Of a DNA stretch of 64,000 nucleotides, positions 60,582 through 64,000 are shown one piece after another (within the stretch, counting starts at the first letter, position 1; each line of letters starts with the position of its first letter). A program made the translations under genes and the position numbers. The notes beneath the pieces were generated by a model. It searched no databases and was not told the origin of the DNA. It was given only the letters and a program-made list of their open reading frames with translations. Source of the DNA: Mizuhopecten yessoensis (taxonomy: Eukaryota); contig NW_018408735.1 in assembly GCF_002113885.1 (NCBI RefSeq), positions 116,084 to 180,083 of the forward strand. The letters run 5' to 3'.

Positions 60582-63500
60582 ATGGCGTCGCCCCAGGGAA
60601 GTACCCGTGATGGCCCTATCAAGAACCTGAGTCGGACCCTAAATGGATCTTACCTGATGGCCTGTGGGATCGGAGAGGAGGGGGAGCAAGCGGACCCCCC
60701 GGATCACCAGGTAAGGCTGAATTATTCTTTTATCAATATTATGTAATTTCTTCCTCATGTGGAATATCGTTTATTTAAATACATTTTACTTAAAATTTCC
60801 TAATGTATCTTGATTTCTTAGATTACTCGATTTTAAATGCGTATCTTACACCTGTTACAGGGGATTGGATAGAAATGCGGAAGAAGACGTTATTATGTTA
60901 AGTAGTAGCTCTGTTATCTGTCACATTCAGTATCTCTTTTATAACAAATATTGGCCCATTTCAAACACAACATTGTGTTACAACTCGGTTGCATTGCATG
61001 TTACTATCCTCGTATCTATACATATAATATATCCTACATCCTGGTACTCATACAATTATATAGTGTACAATTTAGAACTGTATAATACACGTTCCTCAAC
61101 ACCGAGATCTGACGAAAGCTCCGTCCATTCACATAACACCAATTTCATAATTTTTTGTACGAATTATATTTCATTTCCCCAGCAGCGTTTCCTGTTGCCT
61201 CAGTTCCTTTTTCTTTGTCGAGTGATTGTTTCGAATCAGATATAAATAGCTAAATTGTTTTGAGGATTTCACTTTCGGACCGAGTTGTTGTAGAATGACA
61301 GCCGAACGTTCCACTAGTACTGATGATGTAGGTATAGGTAATCATTAGTAAGGAAAATGCGTTAAATATTTCGATCTCAGAATAAGAGATAATTATGTGC
61401 GTTGTTACTTAACAAAATCAAAATCTCAATAGCAGGCGTTTAATCTCTGTTTGAAGTAATATACCGTATGTGTATACCACCATACCGTCACATGCGTCTC
61501 AAATAATTTTTGAACGTGTTCCGCAAAGCGAAACACGCGAAGAATATTTATATAATCGTTCATTGAACTCAATTAATCTTTTGATTACACATCTAAAATA
61601 GACACCAAAACAGGTACTTATAACAGTCTGATTCATGCAGAAATAGAAGTTTGAAAGACAATGATCTCTTTTTGGGGTTAAAAAACACAGGGTCCTGATA
61701 TTTATGCAGTAGGTACTTGAGATGGAGTCCCATACAGTTTTCAGTCATGTAATGAAATAGGCATACTCTCAATGTCACGGGGTCATACATGTTAAAATCT
61801 TCAAGCAATATTTTCTCAATTTCTGATCATTGTGAAATGAAGCTGATGTTTGGTTAGTAGGGACAGAGTGCTAAGATGCGAGGACCACGCCCCTAGACCC
61901 CCGATTAGGGCTAAAACACCAACCCACATCTACGCTCCCGAACTCCCAAGTCCTAGAATCGCGCCTTTTTGATATATGGTACGAACTTGGAGCTTATAAA
62001 CAATGTAAATGTTGTACTTTTTTCTGTCATCAAGGACTGTGGGTGTTGCGATCAGGACCGTGGATGTGGTGTCCAGCGCGCGTACGAGGGGTGTGGTGCC
62101 CAGCACGCGTACGTGAACCCACTGGCCTGTGACGACAGCAGTGGGAGCATTTCTCTGGAGAGCTACTCGGAGGACGAAGACAGTGTTGCTGCTGCCCAGA
62201 CCTCACGCTGGGTCCAGCAGACACGTGACAGTCAGAACAAGTCCAAGATGTCCAGAGTAATTTCCGTGGACATTGCTGACCGCTCGCTCCCTGCTCCGAC
62301 CGATACCAGGTACGACATTTGTCAAGAGAACTTATTAGCATAAGGTTAGACAGATATTAGTCAAAAGATCAATATTGAAATAACAAAACCTCCCTATTAC
62401 ATAACGGAATGACACATTTTTAGAAATTTAATATCTAACCACATAACCACGCGATATACTCATCGGTGATAACGGATATATCTCAAAATAAAGTCAGTTT
62501 CATTTGCCACCCTGCTAAAACGCCAACATTCCTAAATGTCGAATTTTCCTGTTCGATTTCTATATTGGTTTTCCCGTTAGGTGTAAACATATCTTTACAT
62601 CGCCGAAGATTTGTTAGATAAACGATTGCAGTATATAAATATCAGGTTGGCTAAGACGCTTACACTCTAAAGAAGAAGTTTGATATTTTGTAACATTAAT
62701 AAGTCACGTGCATATTTCTAGTGATGGTGTAGTGGTTTGTCGGATCTGTCACGACGACGACTCGGACCATGCTCTCATCTCCCCGTGCTTCTGTTCCGGC
62801 TCCATGGGTATGCTGCACATGTCCTGCCTGGAACAGTGGCTGGGTACCTCCGATACCACAAAGTGTGAAATATGTCAGTTCCAGTTCTCTATCAACAAAA
62901 AACCCAGGTCCTGTAAATGGGTATGTCCAGTACCGGTCACGTTTTGTTGCCACTGTTCCTATACTTAGATAGATATTGTGATCTATGGCAAGAAACATTG
63001 GGGAATTCGCTACGGTTTCAAGGTCGACCAAATGTTAACATACCTCTGCTTACATTATATAGAACTTGACTGATAACTCATAAACGGTGCTCCATGTTGT
63101 CTGCAATCAATATCCGGTACACATCATATTCATTGATGTTTCCAATGGGTATTGGATATAGTATCTTCTACCACATATCACTATCATTCTTTACAGAGAT
63201 AATGAAATATTTATTGATTAACGTAGACATCCATTGTAATTTGTTAGTAATACTATGTATTACTACCACCTGAACCATTTTGAAACAGACTACATAGACA
63301 TGTATGCTAGGTGAAACTAGGTATTTTAAAAATGTATGCTAGGCGAGACTTAACCTGTGATTCTTAACAATTATAGTTGAACATAATTAAACTGTTTCCC
63401 TACCTGTTCTGTAGTTTCTGACCAATAAGAAGCTTGGCCGAGAGAGGCGGTTACTGTTGGCGGATATGTGCTGTTGTATGTGGTACGCGCCGTCTACCAT

Positions 63501-63624
63501 CGCCACAACGCTGTCCTGTCTGATCGGCGCCACGCACTTCACCTCCGCCAAGAAGAGCTGGGAGGCCACTAGTCTCATCCTCCTCGCCACCGTCAACATG
63601 TGTTTTTTCATGCTCTGGTGTGGG
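60582..63624 (+). CDS. MARCH2/3-like membrane RING-CH E3 ubiquitin ligase (last exon beyond the window)
   Basis: Exons 60582-60710, 62035-62309, 62722-62920, 63415-63624, phases 0,2,0,0. RING-CH CRICH...LISPCFCSGSMGMLHMSCLEQWL....KCEIC followed by two hydrophobic segments (RRLLLADMCC...; WEATSLILLA...LWC) resembling MARCH2/3. Confidence 0.85.
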
Positions 63625-64000
63625 GTACGTATGTCCCTGATTCTCTGCTACATTCTCTGTCCCCTTGTATCTGAAATATAATTTTTAGTTAAGTTTGTCG
63701 CGCGGTTCCCGAGTTTCGCTAGCCCAGCACGAACTGTTTTCAGTCAACTCTATTCTGTTCACTCGTACAGACTTATGGTACATATCTATTTAATATTATC
63801 TGCTGCGTAAACAATACCGTCAATAGGCGAAAGGCTCTGCTGATTGGATGTGTATAGGACTCGAACATTCTTTCTATATTAACAAACCTATTTCGCCTTT
63901 CGTCACAGTGCTATTTTGTGCCATCCTTTGACATTTCTGAGAACATTGCGCTTTTTGTCCGGTCCTGTTTGACCTTTCTCGAAACTTGACAATGTCATGC

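Overview
AT-rich, intron-containing eukaryotic DNA, most likely from a bivalve mollusc (inferred from Helentron/HINE-type and tRNA-SINE repeats; not proven). I reconstructed four spliced protein-coding genes by hand from GT-AG sites and reading-frame continuity. (1) A minus-strand gene with two tandem CaRF-like domains (ATG 9494, running off the left edge). (2) A complete minus-strand MEK1/2 (MAP2K1/2) gene, 42671-20246. (3) A complete plus-strand RPL17 gene, CDS 48154-56066, with a TCT/5'TOP start; it is divergent from MEK. (4) A plus-strand MARCH2/3-like RING-CH E3 ligase from 60582, running off the right edge. The rest is minisatellites, MITEs, HINEs, SINEs, LINE fragments and one assembly gap. 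The main finding is that the single MEK gene carries two paralogous versions of exon 8 (34647-34732 and 30627-30724) whose phases make them mutually exclusive. They encode different proline-rich inserts, only one with a Thr-Pro site. They are flanked by candidate intronic RNA stems, and a 32-bp array just downstream of exon 7 repeats its splice donor about 39 times. Also notable: 25-33 bp palindromes with 7-bp target duplications resembling P-element excision footprints, and structured or cryptic-exon elements in RPL17 introns.
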